Shown here: positions 1 through 13,400 of the stretch, piece after piece | Position numbering within the stretch: the first letter of the stretch is position 1 | How the letters are laid out: each line of letters opens with the position of its first letter | NCBI RefSeq assembly: GCF_964204865.1 | Contig: NC_135250.1 | Location: 11,284,001 to 11,348,000 of the forward strand | Direction of reading: 5' to 3' | DNA from: Styela clava | Taxonomy: Eukaryota | DNA length: 64,000 bases | Position numbers and translations under genes: made by a program | The notes under the pieces: generated by a model | Databases searched by the model: none | Told to the model about the DNA's origin: nothing | The model's input: only the letters and a program-made list of their open reading frames with translations

Positions 1-3000
1 CATATTCCCATTTCACTTCTGGTGCTGGGCGTCCATGAATTAATCCGCTGAGTTTGATGGATTTCCCAGCTTTGACAGAAACGTATTGCCCTACTTCCGC
101 ATTCAAATCAATCTCAGGAGGAATTAAGATGTCTTTAGGACGGCAAGGCTCCGTTAGATTTATCGCATCACCAATACCAGCAGAGTTAACAGCTGACACT
201 CTAATATTATATTCCCGATCTTCTAAGCCAGTCAATGTGTACTGATTTCCTGGAACACCTTGCTGTGTTGTACACATTATCCAACTCAAATCAGTCTCAG
301 ATTCTTCGGTCTCTGAATTATCAGGAAGTATTTCAACCACGTACCCAGTTACCTGTGAATTATTTAAAGACAGTTTATATATTTTTTCGTTCTAGATTCA
401 CACAACAATATAAAAGTTAATATATTTCATATAATACCAAACTTACTTCCGAGCCACCATCATATTGTGGCGGTGACCATTTTATGCTAATAGTAGAGCA
501 AGTTGTATCGATTACTTTAAGAGACTTTGGTTCATCTGGTTCATAAATTGGATCCATTACTTTAACCATGTCAGAAGGCTCGCTCGATTTACTTTTGCCT
601 TCAGAGTTTTCAGCAAAAACCTAATAAAAATGATGTATTAAGTTTCATTCCAAGAAATTCTCACTGTATCATTTTATTACAACTACTAACCTGAAATTCA
701 TATTCCTGTCCCTCTCGTAGTCCAGATACCCTGAAACGACTTTCACAGATTTGCATTGATGTAACACGCATCCACCTCGTTGACTGCTTTTCTTTCTTTT
801 CTAGCAAATAGTTTGTGACATCAGAGCCCCCAGTTTCTCGTGGTGGTTGCCACACAAGCAGAAGACCATTTTTAGTTATATCAGATACTTCTGGTTTACC
901 AGGAGCCCTAGGAACAGTAAATGGATTGATTGTAGTGATTGGCCTAGTTTCAGTCACATCTCCCAGACCCAGTTTGGACTCTGCTCTCACTCTGCAAATA
1001 CAATAAAAGAATATTAGTTTTGAAATATTCACAGAACAAAAACAGTATTTGTAATGTTCAAATATCTTTACCGGAATATGTACTCATTGTCTTTGACCAG
1101 ATGACCAATTTGAATAAAACGAGAGGTTAAATCGGTGCTTATTTGTGTCCAATTAACTCTGCTTGATTCTCTTTTCTCCACAACATAGTTTGTAATTTCG
1201 CTGCCACCATCTCCTGCTGGAGTGTCCCAGGTTAAAGTACATTGATTAGCTGTAATATCCTCCACTGTTAGATAGCGTACAGCAGATGGTACATCCATCA
1301 CCCTGACTTTTACAGACATAGTTCTTTCTCCAGCATCATTACGTAGATGTAAGTTGTACTGACCTGGGATAAAAAACATCGATTTGTCTTGAATATTTCA
1401 AAGATGTGTGCATGCATGCAATGCGATTCACAATGTATATTTGAAATTATAAAATCTTTTCAAACCACTCACCACTATCATGCCTTGTGCTATCACCAAT
1501 AGCAACTGATGTACAAGTTTCCCCTTTAACAATCTTGATTCTTTTTGAAGCCCCCAATTCACCACCAGATTCTTTTGACCATGTAATCACTGGTTGTGGT
1601 TTTCCATATATCCTGACAGAAAATTTAATGGTGTCACCAGCCTTGACAACCATGACATCTGTGAGGCTTTGGTCATATTCTATTGATGGCGGCTCAAGCT
1701 CATTTTTACAAAGTACTGGGCATGTTGGTTCACTTGGTTCAGATATAGTGCCTGAAATGGGTGAGAAATATATTTTAAAATATGAAATTAATGAATGATA
1801 ACACATATTAAAAAATATATGAGTTACCTATTGCATTCTTTGCACTGACTCTAAACTCGTATTGCTTGTTTTCAATCAAGCCATCCACTTTGTAAAATGT
1901 TTCAACAACATTACAGAAATTACATCTTAGCCATCGCCCATCTGGCAATTCGAATTTTTCTATGATATAACCGGTAATGCTGCTTCCTCCATCATATTCA
2001 GGTTTGTTCCAAGTCAAAGCTACATAGTCGCTGCCAACACGTTCCACTTCCATCTCCTCTGGTTGATCAATTGGATCGGAGCAAAGCACAGAGTCAGACA
2101 CACGACTTGCACGACCAATACCAGCATCGTTAACCGCATATACTCTGAATTCATATTCTAATCCTTGCTCAAGCCCGGTAGCTTTGAATGCAGTGTCAGT
2201 AATAGTCACTCTGCTGGATTTCTGAATAATAAATATTCTCAAATTAATTTTACATATTACAACAAAGAGTACTACAAAACAATTTCGTCTAGCCATAATG
2301 AATGTAATACCAGTAATAGTCAATTTGCTAGATTTGCTAATGTCAAATGAATTTTACATTTTGAACAAAGAACATTACGAAAGAATAGTCATTTATCCCT
2401 ACTCTTATACCTTCCACAAAATGGAGTTCTTGTCTTTATGTTCTACTTGATATCCAATAATGGCAGATCCACCATCATTGACAGGTTCGTTCCACTTAAT
2501 TGTAGCAGAATATTTTGTGAATTTAGCTATCACAGGCTGACCAGGTGGTCCAGGTATTTTGAATGAATGTTTCGCAGTAACTGAATTTGAAGTCAAAGCA
2601 GGTCCAACTCCAAATCTATTTCTTGCTCTGATTCGGAATATGTATTCATTACCTTCAGTGAGCATAGTGGACTTGACTGTTGCATAAATGCATTCAGAAC
2701 ACACATTTGTCCATACCTGTAAATATCAAAAGTGTCAGTCTGCAAATTTGAGCCAATTTTAATTATATTCAAAATAAAAAAAATCAACCTACCGTGCTTA
2801 TAGCCTCTCGTTTTTCAACAATATATCCTGATATCATGCAGCCTCCTGTGTTTACTGGTGGATCCCATGAAATTTTGATAGAATTAGATTGGACACAATC
2901 AAACCGCACAGGGCCAACAGGTGCTCCAGGTTTGTCATACACAACAACTTCCACTGAGGTTTCTGCAGCACCTGAAGAGTTGGTCGCTGTAAGTTGGTAC

Positions 3001-4499
3001 TCGCCAGCATCATCGGCAATACAATCTGAATGAATAAGTTGAAAAAATGAAACTGATATCTTGTTTTCTATTTGAAATTAATTGAGTCTATATTGTAACA
3101 AACCTTTTATGATTATCATTGAATATTCGCTCGTGGTCTCAACAGAAGCACGACTGGTCAATGTCATCTCCTGTCCACCCTTACTCCACAACATATCTGG
3201 AAATGGTAGTCCAGTTACATGAACTTTTATCTTTGCCTCTTTACCTTTTTTGACATAGCAACACAAAGATTTTTGACCATGAAGTTGAAACCGCGGCACC
3301 TTCACCTGAAAATACATATCAAATGTAGAATACCTTATATCAAAATTATTCTTTCATCATTTGTTCAATAAGATTACCTCTTCTTTTGTGAGGACAGGCT
3401 GCAACATTTCACATGCATCACCAAGACCATTAAAATTTAGAGCTTTGACTCTGAAATAATACTCTCGTCCTTCAGCGAGTCTCTTCACTGTGCCATAATT
3501 TTCTTTGACTTGTGATGCTTGTTTCCATTGATCACTACCAGATTCCCTGAACTCTATCAAATAGCCAGTGATTTTATTTCCACCATCAGAGTGTGGCTTG
3601 GACCAGCTAAGTGATATGGATTTTGTTGTAGTTTCCGTAACAATCAATTTGCCTGGTTGACTTGGAACTTCTGACACACTTATAGCATGCTTTGTTGTAC
3701 ATGGAGAACTGGTGCCATACTCATTCTTGGCCATAACACGGAAATAATAGCTTAATCCTTCGTTTAAGTTCAGAACCTGAAATATGAAAAAGAAATAATT
3801 TAATTTGGGCAGTTCTAAACACAAATTTTGTTAATAGATTTTTTTTTTCTTACCTTGAATTGGTTTTTTGTACAAGTAGTAGATACAGTCACCCAAGCCT
3901 TTTTCGTGGTTTCTTTTCTTTCAATGATGTAGTTCGTAATAATGCTTCCACCATCACTTTCTGGAATGTCCCACGTCAAAACCACGGAATCTTTAGTTAT
4001 ATTATTATTGCTAAGATTCATGGGAGTGGAAGGGCAGTCTAATATAACAATGTTAATTTCAGCTTTCTTTGTTCCAGCACTGTTTTCCAGGGTTAAAGAG
4101 TACTTTGACGTATCATACCTGTAAAATGTATTTGCACAATTGAATTTAAAGCAATAATTATAGTCATGAATTTATTTTTTTCCTTTTTGACATACCTAGA
4201 AGCAGCATCAATAAAGAATATTGATTTGCAGCCGATTGTCTCAACATGAACTCCTTCAGGTAAAGACAAGCCATCTTTGAGCCAGGTGACAGATGGGAAT
4301 GGATTTCCATGACATACGGCAGATATTTTGACAGTTTCACCAGCCTTGACCTGAAAAATTATACAGCAATGTGTAATTTTGTTGAATGCTATGTTACCTA
4401 TGTTGAAGAAACGTAGTAAAAATTATAGTAGAACAAAAAATAATCGCAGCTACCTTTAATGATTGACGAATGTTGACATCAATATCAAAATCCGGTGGT
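1..4499 (-). CDS. ttn: Titin C-zone 11-domain super-repeat 4 (~4499-131) plus first Ig of repeat 5 (~130-1)
   Basis: Spliced order Ig(LPPDFDIDV)-Fn-Fn-Ig(VKVPRFQL)-Fn-Fn-Fn-Ig(EPPSIEYD)-Fn-Fn-Fn, then Ig IPPEIDLNAEVGQYVSVKAG at the window edge. Confidence 0.88.
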
Positions 4500-7400
4500 A
4501 ATAGGACATCTTCAGCAGAAACTTTGCTTGGTATTAGTGCAGGCTCACCAAGTCCAGCTTCATTTATTCCAGTGACCCTAATAACAAAATAGCATGATCT
4601 ATTTACAAAGCTCAAGTTTTCTTAGTCTTGATAAACCTTCCAAGAACAAGCTGGATAAAAGTGACTTGGTTATATTTGTACCTGAATTTATAGAACACAT
4701 TCTCCTTTAAGCCGCAAATTGTGAAAAAACACTCAGAGTTTCCAGTTTGGCATTTAACCCAGCAATTCTCCTCTTCAACATCATCTTGATCTGGTTCAAG
4801 ACTGGCATATTCTATAAGGTATTCTCGGACATCTTGATCATCTTCAATGGGTTTACCCCAAACTAAACTTATTGTGTTTTTCGTTGTATCTATGACTCTA
4901 GGATCTTGTGGTGGGCCTATATTGAATTTTAGCAGTGTTTAAAAAGTATTTTATTGCACAAATTACAATTTTTAAAAAATAATGAAAGATTGGATAACCT
5001 GGAGGATATATTTGATCACATATTTTCGCAAACATTGATATTTCTGATGGTTCACTTTGCCCAGCTGCATTTTCTGCAATAACTCTGAATTGTTGTTCTG
5101 AGCCCTCGCATAGATCACATACATCAAATCTATTCTCAAGAATATTTTTGGAAATTGTGATCCATCCAAATCCTCTTCTGCAAAGTGAAAGATACATATA
5201 AATACCAGGGGCAAGGGTATATGATTATTTTTAAAGTTCTGTACCAGTGCTTACTTTTCGTGGCATTGAAGAACATAATTAGTGATAGAAGATCCACCAT
5301 CAGTACTTGGAACTTGCCATGATACCATGCAAGAATTGCTTGAAATGCACGAGATCTCAACATCAACAGGTGCACCAGGTACTGTAAATGAATTTTCTGC
5401 CTTGAAAGCCTCAGAATTAGCAGGATCACTTTGGCCATATCCGTTAACTGCCATGACTCTCAATTCATATTCATTGTATTCAATCAAGTTGGAAACTTTT
5501 ACTGAAGTTGATTTTACCTATAAACAATAAAATATTCTTCAATGTGTTCATTAAATGGTTATTATACAAACATCGGCTAGTTACTTACTTCAGATGAAAC
5601 TAGAGACCATGCTAATTTGCCAACTTCCCGTTTCTGCAGAATATAATGAGTGACATCATCACCACCATTGTTCTTTGGTGCAGACCAACTGATTGTTGCC
5701 ATATTTGCTGAAACATCAGATACAACGATGCATCCAGGTGCCTGAGGTCTGTCAAGAACTTTAACTTCAACACAAGCCGTTCTTGTCCCTCCAGAATTGG
5801 AAACTTTGATGACATACTTTCCAGAATCTGAAATTCTTGAATTTCTTATTTGAACAGAGCTTTGCAAAATCGAAGACGTTATGCTCAAGTTGTTGTCTTC
5901 TTTGAGCCTAGTTTCATCTTTAATCCATGTGATATTAGGTTGAGGTCTGCCAGCAATGAAAGCCTCCAACTTAATACTGTCGCCAGCTTTTACACTAAGA
6001 CCGCCTTGCATGATTGGATCAAATTCAACCCTTGGTAGAATACATTCATCCTGACACATAATCGGTTCAGATTCCTCAGAAAAGTCTGATATTGATCCTG
6101 CAGCATTCTTTGCAGAGATTCTTTGTGAAAAAAAAGATTGCAATATATCAATCAACATTCTTGATAATTTAACTACTCAATCCCCATTCATAAATTCATA
6201 CGCTACCTGAATACATATTCAGACTTTTCCAATAGACTATCAATAGTATAGGTTCTTTCAAGAACATTACTAAAATTGCATTTCACCCATCTTCCAGCTG
6301 GAAGCTCTCTTCTTTCGATGATATAACCTGAAATCAAAAATCAACTTCAATCATGCAACAGTCTAATAAATAAAACAATAAATAAACAAAAACAATGAAT
6401 TAAATTTTAATATAGGTAGGTTAACACTTTATTTACCAGTAATTTTGGATCCACCATCGTACTCAGGCTTATCCCATTGAATTGTGATTGCATTCCGGGA
6501 TACTTCCACAGACTCTGGTTGACCTGGTGATTCAATACTATCGCAGCACAGAACTGGTTCAGAAGGTCGACTAAATTTACCTATTCCTGCCAAGTTTTCT
6601 GCACAAACCCTGAACATATACTCCAGACTCTCAGTGAGGCCAATGATCTGTTAAAAAAAAAACTCAGATTTATTCATTCCGTATTCTCCAAAATCTAACA
6701 ATTTTATGTTGTTTGAAAATCATCCGCAATTACCTTGACAGTGTTTGTCTTGATTGAGCTACGCATTGCTGGAGCCCAGAGAGAAGCATTACGATCTTTC
6801 TTTTCGACATGATAGGCAAATACTTTTGAACCTTGATGCAAATAAATAACACAGATTAGATAAATTGATAATAAAATTGAAGACTGGACTAGAAAAACTA
6901 CATACCACCATCATTTGTTGGTTCTTGCCACTCCAACTCTACAGAGTCCCTGTTGCATTTTGAAACTTCAGGCTCAGCAGGCGCTCCTGGTCTATTGAAT
7001 GGATATTTGACAAGGACAGTTTTGGAAACGAGAGGCTCTGAGCGCCCAAATCTGTTTTCAGCAAGCACTCTAAACATGTATACTTGACCACAAGAAAGCC
7101 TGGTAACCTGCAAAAGATTTATTTTACTAATTGTGAAAAGATGAAATAAAGAAAGGGACCGGCAGAATCAAAAATATAAAAAAAATGGTTTATTAATTAA
7201 TGTAGCCTTGTTTCATGTACAGATGTTGAAGCACTTTATAAAAAAAAGTATATATTCAAGAGCCCTACTTTCAATGTCGTCCTGGCCACAGATCCAGAAA
7301 CTTCCATCCACTGGTCACTTCCTTTCTCACACTTTTGCACAATATAATTATTGATTTGAGCTGCACCATCATGAGATGGAGGTTTCCAGTTGAGAGTGAG

Positions 7401-10400
7401 AGAATCCACACCAATATTAGAAAACTCAATATCCCTCGGTGCACTGGGACAGTCAAATATAATAACCTAAACAAAGAAAAAATTGGTTTATTTTGTGAAA
7501 TAAATTTTACTTAAAACCAAATAACAGAAAGAATTCCCAAGTATAACCTTGACAGGAATGGTTTTCGATCCAACATCATTTGTCACTACAACTTCATAAA
7601 TTCCAGCATCTTCACGCAAGCATTCGTTGATATTGAGAATTGTTTCAGTCTCGCTTGTTTTAGAATTTATTCTGTTTGTTTCCCTCATAACTTCACCTTT
7701 TATCATCCATTGAGCTTTTGGAATGGGCTTACCTACAATGCAAAAGTTATATTCATTACAAAGCTGTTTTAGTTCCAAGCAATAGAGTTATTAGTCATAT
7801 AACATACCAAGTATAGGAAGCTTCACATTTATATCAGTTCCAGCCTTGGCAGACACCGACCCCATGTATAAAGCATGTGAATCTACGCTAGGCCTGTACA
7901 TATTGTCTTTAGCTGTGACTGGATGCAAGGTCTGTGTTGCTTCACCAGTTCCAACAGCATTCTTTGCTTTAACACGGAAGTTGTAGGATGCACCCTCGTT
8001 CAAATCCTTGACTGTAGCACTGAGAAACGGAAAAAAGTTTAAAAAAATTGAAAAACAGATTAAAAAACAGATAAGCTATAACTGTATACAACAAATGCTT
8101 TATATACCTGAAATTTCCCGTTGACAGTTTGGAAATCCAACTATCCACCCCATCGCGCTGTAATTCAATGATGTAGGTGATGATTGGGCTCCCACCATCA
8201 CTATCTGGTTTTGTCCACGACAAAGATGCAGTTGTCTTCGTTGTTTCAACCACTTCAATTGACATTGGAGCATTTGGTACCTAGGAGTACTTGTGTTATA
8301 ATTTTGTTTCAAATAACTAAACATATTTTGACAAAATGACAAAACGAACCTCTGAAATTCTCACAGGTTTCTTGGTTTCAGATGCTTCTCCAATGCCAAA
8401 CTTGTTCTCCGCCATGATTCTGAAGAAGTATTCCTCTCCTTGCATGAGACCAGTCACTTTAAACGATTCTCTGATAACATCCGTTGCTACAGTATACCAA
8501 GCTTTACGTGCGGCTGACTTCTTTTCAACAATGTAATTTGATATATTCGCACCACCATCTAAGAGTGGTGGATTCCACTGGAGGAATGCTGTATTTTTTG
8601 TAACAGCTGTTATACACAAATCATCCACCAGTCCCGGACAATCCAGTACTTTCACATTTATAGATACCTCCTTCTTTCCTGCTATATTTTCTAGCGTAAG
8701 ACTGTATTTTCCACTGTCCTCTCTAATGCAGTCCTTGATGATGAGTAGAGTATACGAGGAATTACTCTCAATGCTGCATCTGTTTTGGGGTAAACCCTCA
8801 TCCTTGCTCCAGGTTGATACAGGTGTAGGTCGGCCTTTTATAGCAACGAACAATCTTATAGAACCTCCAGCTGAAACTGCGAGAGTTCGACGTAAATCGG
8901 CATCTAAATCGAAGGCTGGTTCTTCAATAATATCAACAGCCTTAACTGGATCAGAATCTGGGCTAGGCTCCGATTTTTCAGTACAGTTGAACGCAACAAT
9001 GCGGAATGTATACAAAATATCAGGTTTCAAATCTGTGACATTGTACTGAGATTTTGTGATCTTCTCTTTGGTTTCAAGAATTGTGTATTCATTTTCATTT
9101 TCTGATATTTCAATAGCATACTCAGTTATTGGTGATCCCCCATCATATGAAGGCTTCGGCCATGATAGTAACACGCTTGAGCTGGTGGTGTTCATTACTA
9201 TAGGTTGTCCGGGAGCTTCTGGTTCATCTAAATAAATTTTAAGATGAAAGTTGATTATTATAACCCATTGATCAATTTATCAAGTTAAAATATATTAAAT
9301 TCACATTCAACTTACCAACAGGGTCCATAGCCTTTACCAATTTTGTGGGTTCACTTGCAGGTCCAACTCCAGCTTTATTTTCAGCTGCTACCCTGAATTC
9401 GTATTCATGATTCTCGGCCAACCCAGATACACAATATGTACAGCCCTGTACCACGTTCCGACTACATCTGTAAAATAAAGACAATAATGAGTGATCGTCC
9501 CTATTGTTTTTAAACATTTGTATCATCATTTTAACATACCTAATCCATTTTGATCCAGACCTTGTTCGTCTTTCAATATGATAGCCAATAATGATATCAT
9601 TTCCAGTAGCAGCAAGTTCTTCCCATTCAAGCATTAAACTGTTTTTCGTGATATCAGAAACAGCAGGTTGACTCGGCATACCAGGTAATGCTAAAAATTA
9701 TTAATTATTGTTATTGTATATTTAAACCCCACATTGCATGAAAAGAATATAATTAATCCATAATACTTACTGAATGGATTTTCTGCGATAACTGGTTTTG
9801 AATCTAGTGGCTTTCCGATTCCATACTTGTTCCGTGCAGATACTCTAAATATATACTGAATTCCCACAGTCATTCTTGAACAATTGTATTCACATTTCGA
9901 AGATTCTCCAACCTAAATTTTATATATTATAAATTACCAAATGACAGAAAAGTATCACACCCAATTTCAAATCAAATTGTATTTCACCATTGTCCAAAGT
10001 AGTCTACTGGCTTCACGCTTTTCAATGATGTAATTAGTGATTGGACATGATCCGGTATTCTTTGGTTCACTCCACTGTAATTTGCAGCTGACTGGTGAAA
10101 CATTGCTTACTTTAATAGGCCCTGTGACTTTGCCTGGTTTGTCTGAAACAAATTAAAATGAAGTGAATTTGACTTACAATATATCCCTGAAAAAGCAAAA
10201 TTTCTCAAGTTATTCAGAGCCATAGTAAAAATGACATGACTATCAGTAGTATCATTATCAGTAGTTTATTTTTACACATTCCGAAAATACACATTGTACA
10301 AATAGGATAAAAAAAAAGAAAAAATGCATTTCAGTGTGAAAGGAGATGTGATAAACCCGTAATGAGCAGCGTCACCTATAAGGAAGTCTAACATTAAATT

Positions 10401-13400
10401 TAACTAAGGAAAAAAAAAGTTTAACATTAAATACTAAACGAGGGAAATAAAATACATTCAGGCGACCCGAATATCAGAGTCTCGTTCATAACAAAGAAGA
10501 CAAGCGACTCCAGTCAAGACAGCCGGGGTGACCATGTCAACCGCCTTTTATTAGATAATAAATGAGCTGAGCAACCTCGTTTGCCAGCTGCAGTACAGGC
10601 CATCGTTTTTTGGGGGCAGTTCCTAATTCGGAAGACATTAGCAAAAAATATTATTGGAATCAAGTTCCGAAAGCGGCTTTTAATCTACACTCATGGAAAT
10701 CTACAGTGGCATGGTGACTGGGTGCTGAAGGCACAACAAAACAAAGGTAAACATAATTCTATTGAATACTAGATTATGGGCTGTTGAATTATATGATGAA
10801 CTAAGGCCATTTCAGTGTCAATATAATTAGATGTACCAAATGCAATGATATGTGATGGTGGAGGACACCATAACTAATTAGTAATTACTTGCAATGATGA
10901 AAAAAAATTCAGCAATTGCCCACTCTCACACAATCATCCCACACACACAAGTCTTAGGCTGAAATATCTATTTGTTTTATTGCTCTAAAATATAGAGCAC
11001 AATTAATCTAAATGAGAGGTAAGTGGACAAAGTATATTTGTGCTCCAAAGTATACATACCCAGTACATTGACTTTGCAAGTTGCTGTCTGGTTCCCATAA
11101 TGATTTGAAACTGTTATGGTATATTCTCCAGAGAGATCTCGCTTGATATCTTTTACAGTCAAAGTTGCATGTGTTGCATTTCTATCCATTTTGAAATCAT
11201 CATTGGATTTGATGTCTTTGCCAACATGACACCAGTACACTAAAAATTGAATAATATTTGTAAAGAAAAGTATGACAAAACAATTGAATTGACTAAATGT
11301 GATGTGACCACAATACCTTTAGGCACAGGCTTTCCACTGACGGCTGCTTGGATTTGTACATCTTCACCAGCTCGAACAGTGAAGCCATTTACCAATGTGG
11401 ATTCAAGAGCCACATTCGGAGGTTCTAAAAATATAAACAGTTATTTATGAAAGAAACAAACATACACATGAGTTAATAATATGACCATTGGACATACCAT
11501 ATTCCTCTTGGCAAATAATTTCTTCTGTGGGCTCGGAGGGTGAAGAAATACATCCTGCGGAGTTCTTGGCTTTTATTCTGAACACATACCTTCCACCAGG
11601 ATTCAGATTACACACCTGTTTGTACAATTGAATTACAATGTTAAATTTTAATTTCTTAACCAGTTTGTAATAACAAGAGCAACTAACTAAGTGCTTACAA
11701 TACCTTATAGTCTGTATCGGAAATATTTGCAACATTGATTTTTGTCCATAATTTGGAAGGAAGGGTTTGCATTTCAATGTCGTATCCAAGGATTTTATGA
11801 CCACCATCAAATTCTGGCTCTTCCCACCTCAAACTAACGGTTGTATCGGTGCATTCAAATGCAACAGCATCACATGGAGAATCTGAATTTATAATATTAT
11901 TTAAACCAATCAATTTTGCAACAACAAACAACTAAGCTCAAAGAAATGTCTTACCAATTGGATCTAGAGCAAAGATACCATCCGTGGGAGGTGATGGCTG
12001 CGATCTACCTGCTTTGTTGCAAGCACTGATTCTATATTGATATTCCAAACCTTCTGACAGTCCTTCAACAAGGTAATCTGAATACAACAAAATATTATTT
12101 GAAATTGCAGAAAAAATCAATAGTCATCAAAAACGTTCACACAATGTTTTACCATTGCTAGTAGTATCAGATACAGTTTTCCATACTACAGAGTTTCGTT
12201 CTTTCATCTCTACAATGTATCTTGTAACTGTAGATCCTCCATCTCTTCTTGGAGGATTCCAGCTGACCATCATAGATTTTCTACCCACTGAGGAAACAGT
12301 AGGTGGCGCTGGAGCATACGGTACATCTGTAAAAACAGAATCGAAATTATATCTTGCAACTTGGAAGCATTTTATAACTACAAAGCTTTTAAGGATTTGT
12401 AATACTTACTAAATGGATACTTTGCAATGATGGCCTGTGACATCACTGGTGAGCTGATACCAAATCTATTTTCAGCCATTACACGAAACTTGTATTCATT
12501 TCCTTCTATCAGTCCAGTTGCTTTACAGCTGGTGTTTGAGACAGATGATGACACTAGATTCCAGGTTCCAACAGTCATGTCAAATTTTTCAACAACATAA
12601 TTTGTGATGTCGGAACCTGCATGATTATGGGAAAATATGTAGAAAATGTTTTTAAAAAGTTTCCTAATTGTTTGTAAATATGTTCTCAGTTAGTAGTTAT
12701 ACCTCCACAATTTTTTGGTGCCATCCATGACAACACAGCAGTCTCTGAAGTAATATCTGATATTTGAAGTTGTCCATGAGGTATACCGGGCTTGCCAACA
12801 ACAACCATTTTTATTGCAGAAATTTTCTTTCCAGCATCATTCTCAGCAGTTATGATATACTTTCCTGTAAATTAAGAATGCATTTAAAAATACATTTTGT
12901 TGCTGAAATCTTAATTTATACAATTCAGGAGTTAGTTTCCTTACAGCACAACAAAAATGATTTGACAGTTCCATATCAATCTAGTACATCTTGACTTCAG
13001 TTTTCAATAAAATGATTGATGAAAGTATGATGAAAATGTAGTCTTATACCTGCATCTGACTTAAGAACTTCTTTGATAACCAAAGTGGTTGAGATTTTCG
13101 TAGTTGTTGTGGAAACACGTTCATCGACAACCAAGTCATCATCACCTTTAGCCCAGGTCACTTCCGGTAGTGGAGAAGCAGACATAGGTATTCTCATTTT
13201 TATTGGTACGCCTTCACGAGCTGTGAAGATCAGATTGGGAAAGCCACTCAAATCAAATGTAGGTTCGATCATCTGAAAAAATATTTACAAATATATTACT
13301 ATTACAAATAACATTTACTCAGTAACATCTTAGTGAAATCTCTCAAAATACTCACTTGATCACAAGCAGTAAATGTTTTTTCTCTAGGTGATCCAAGTCC

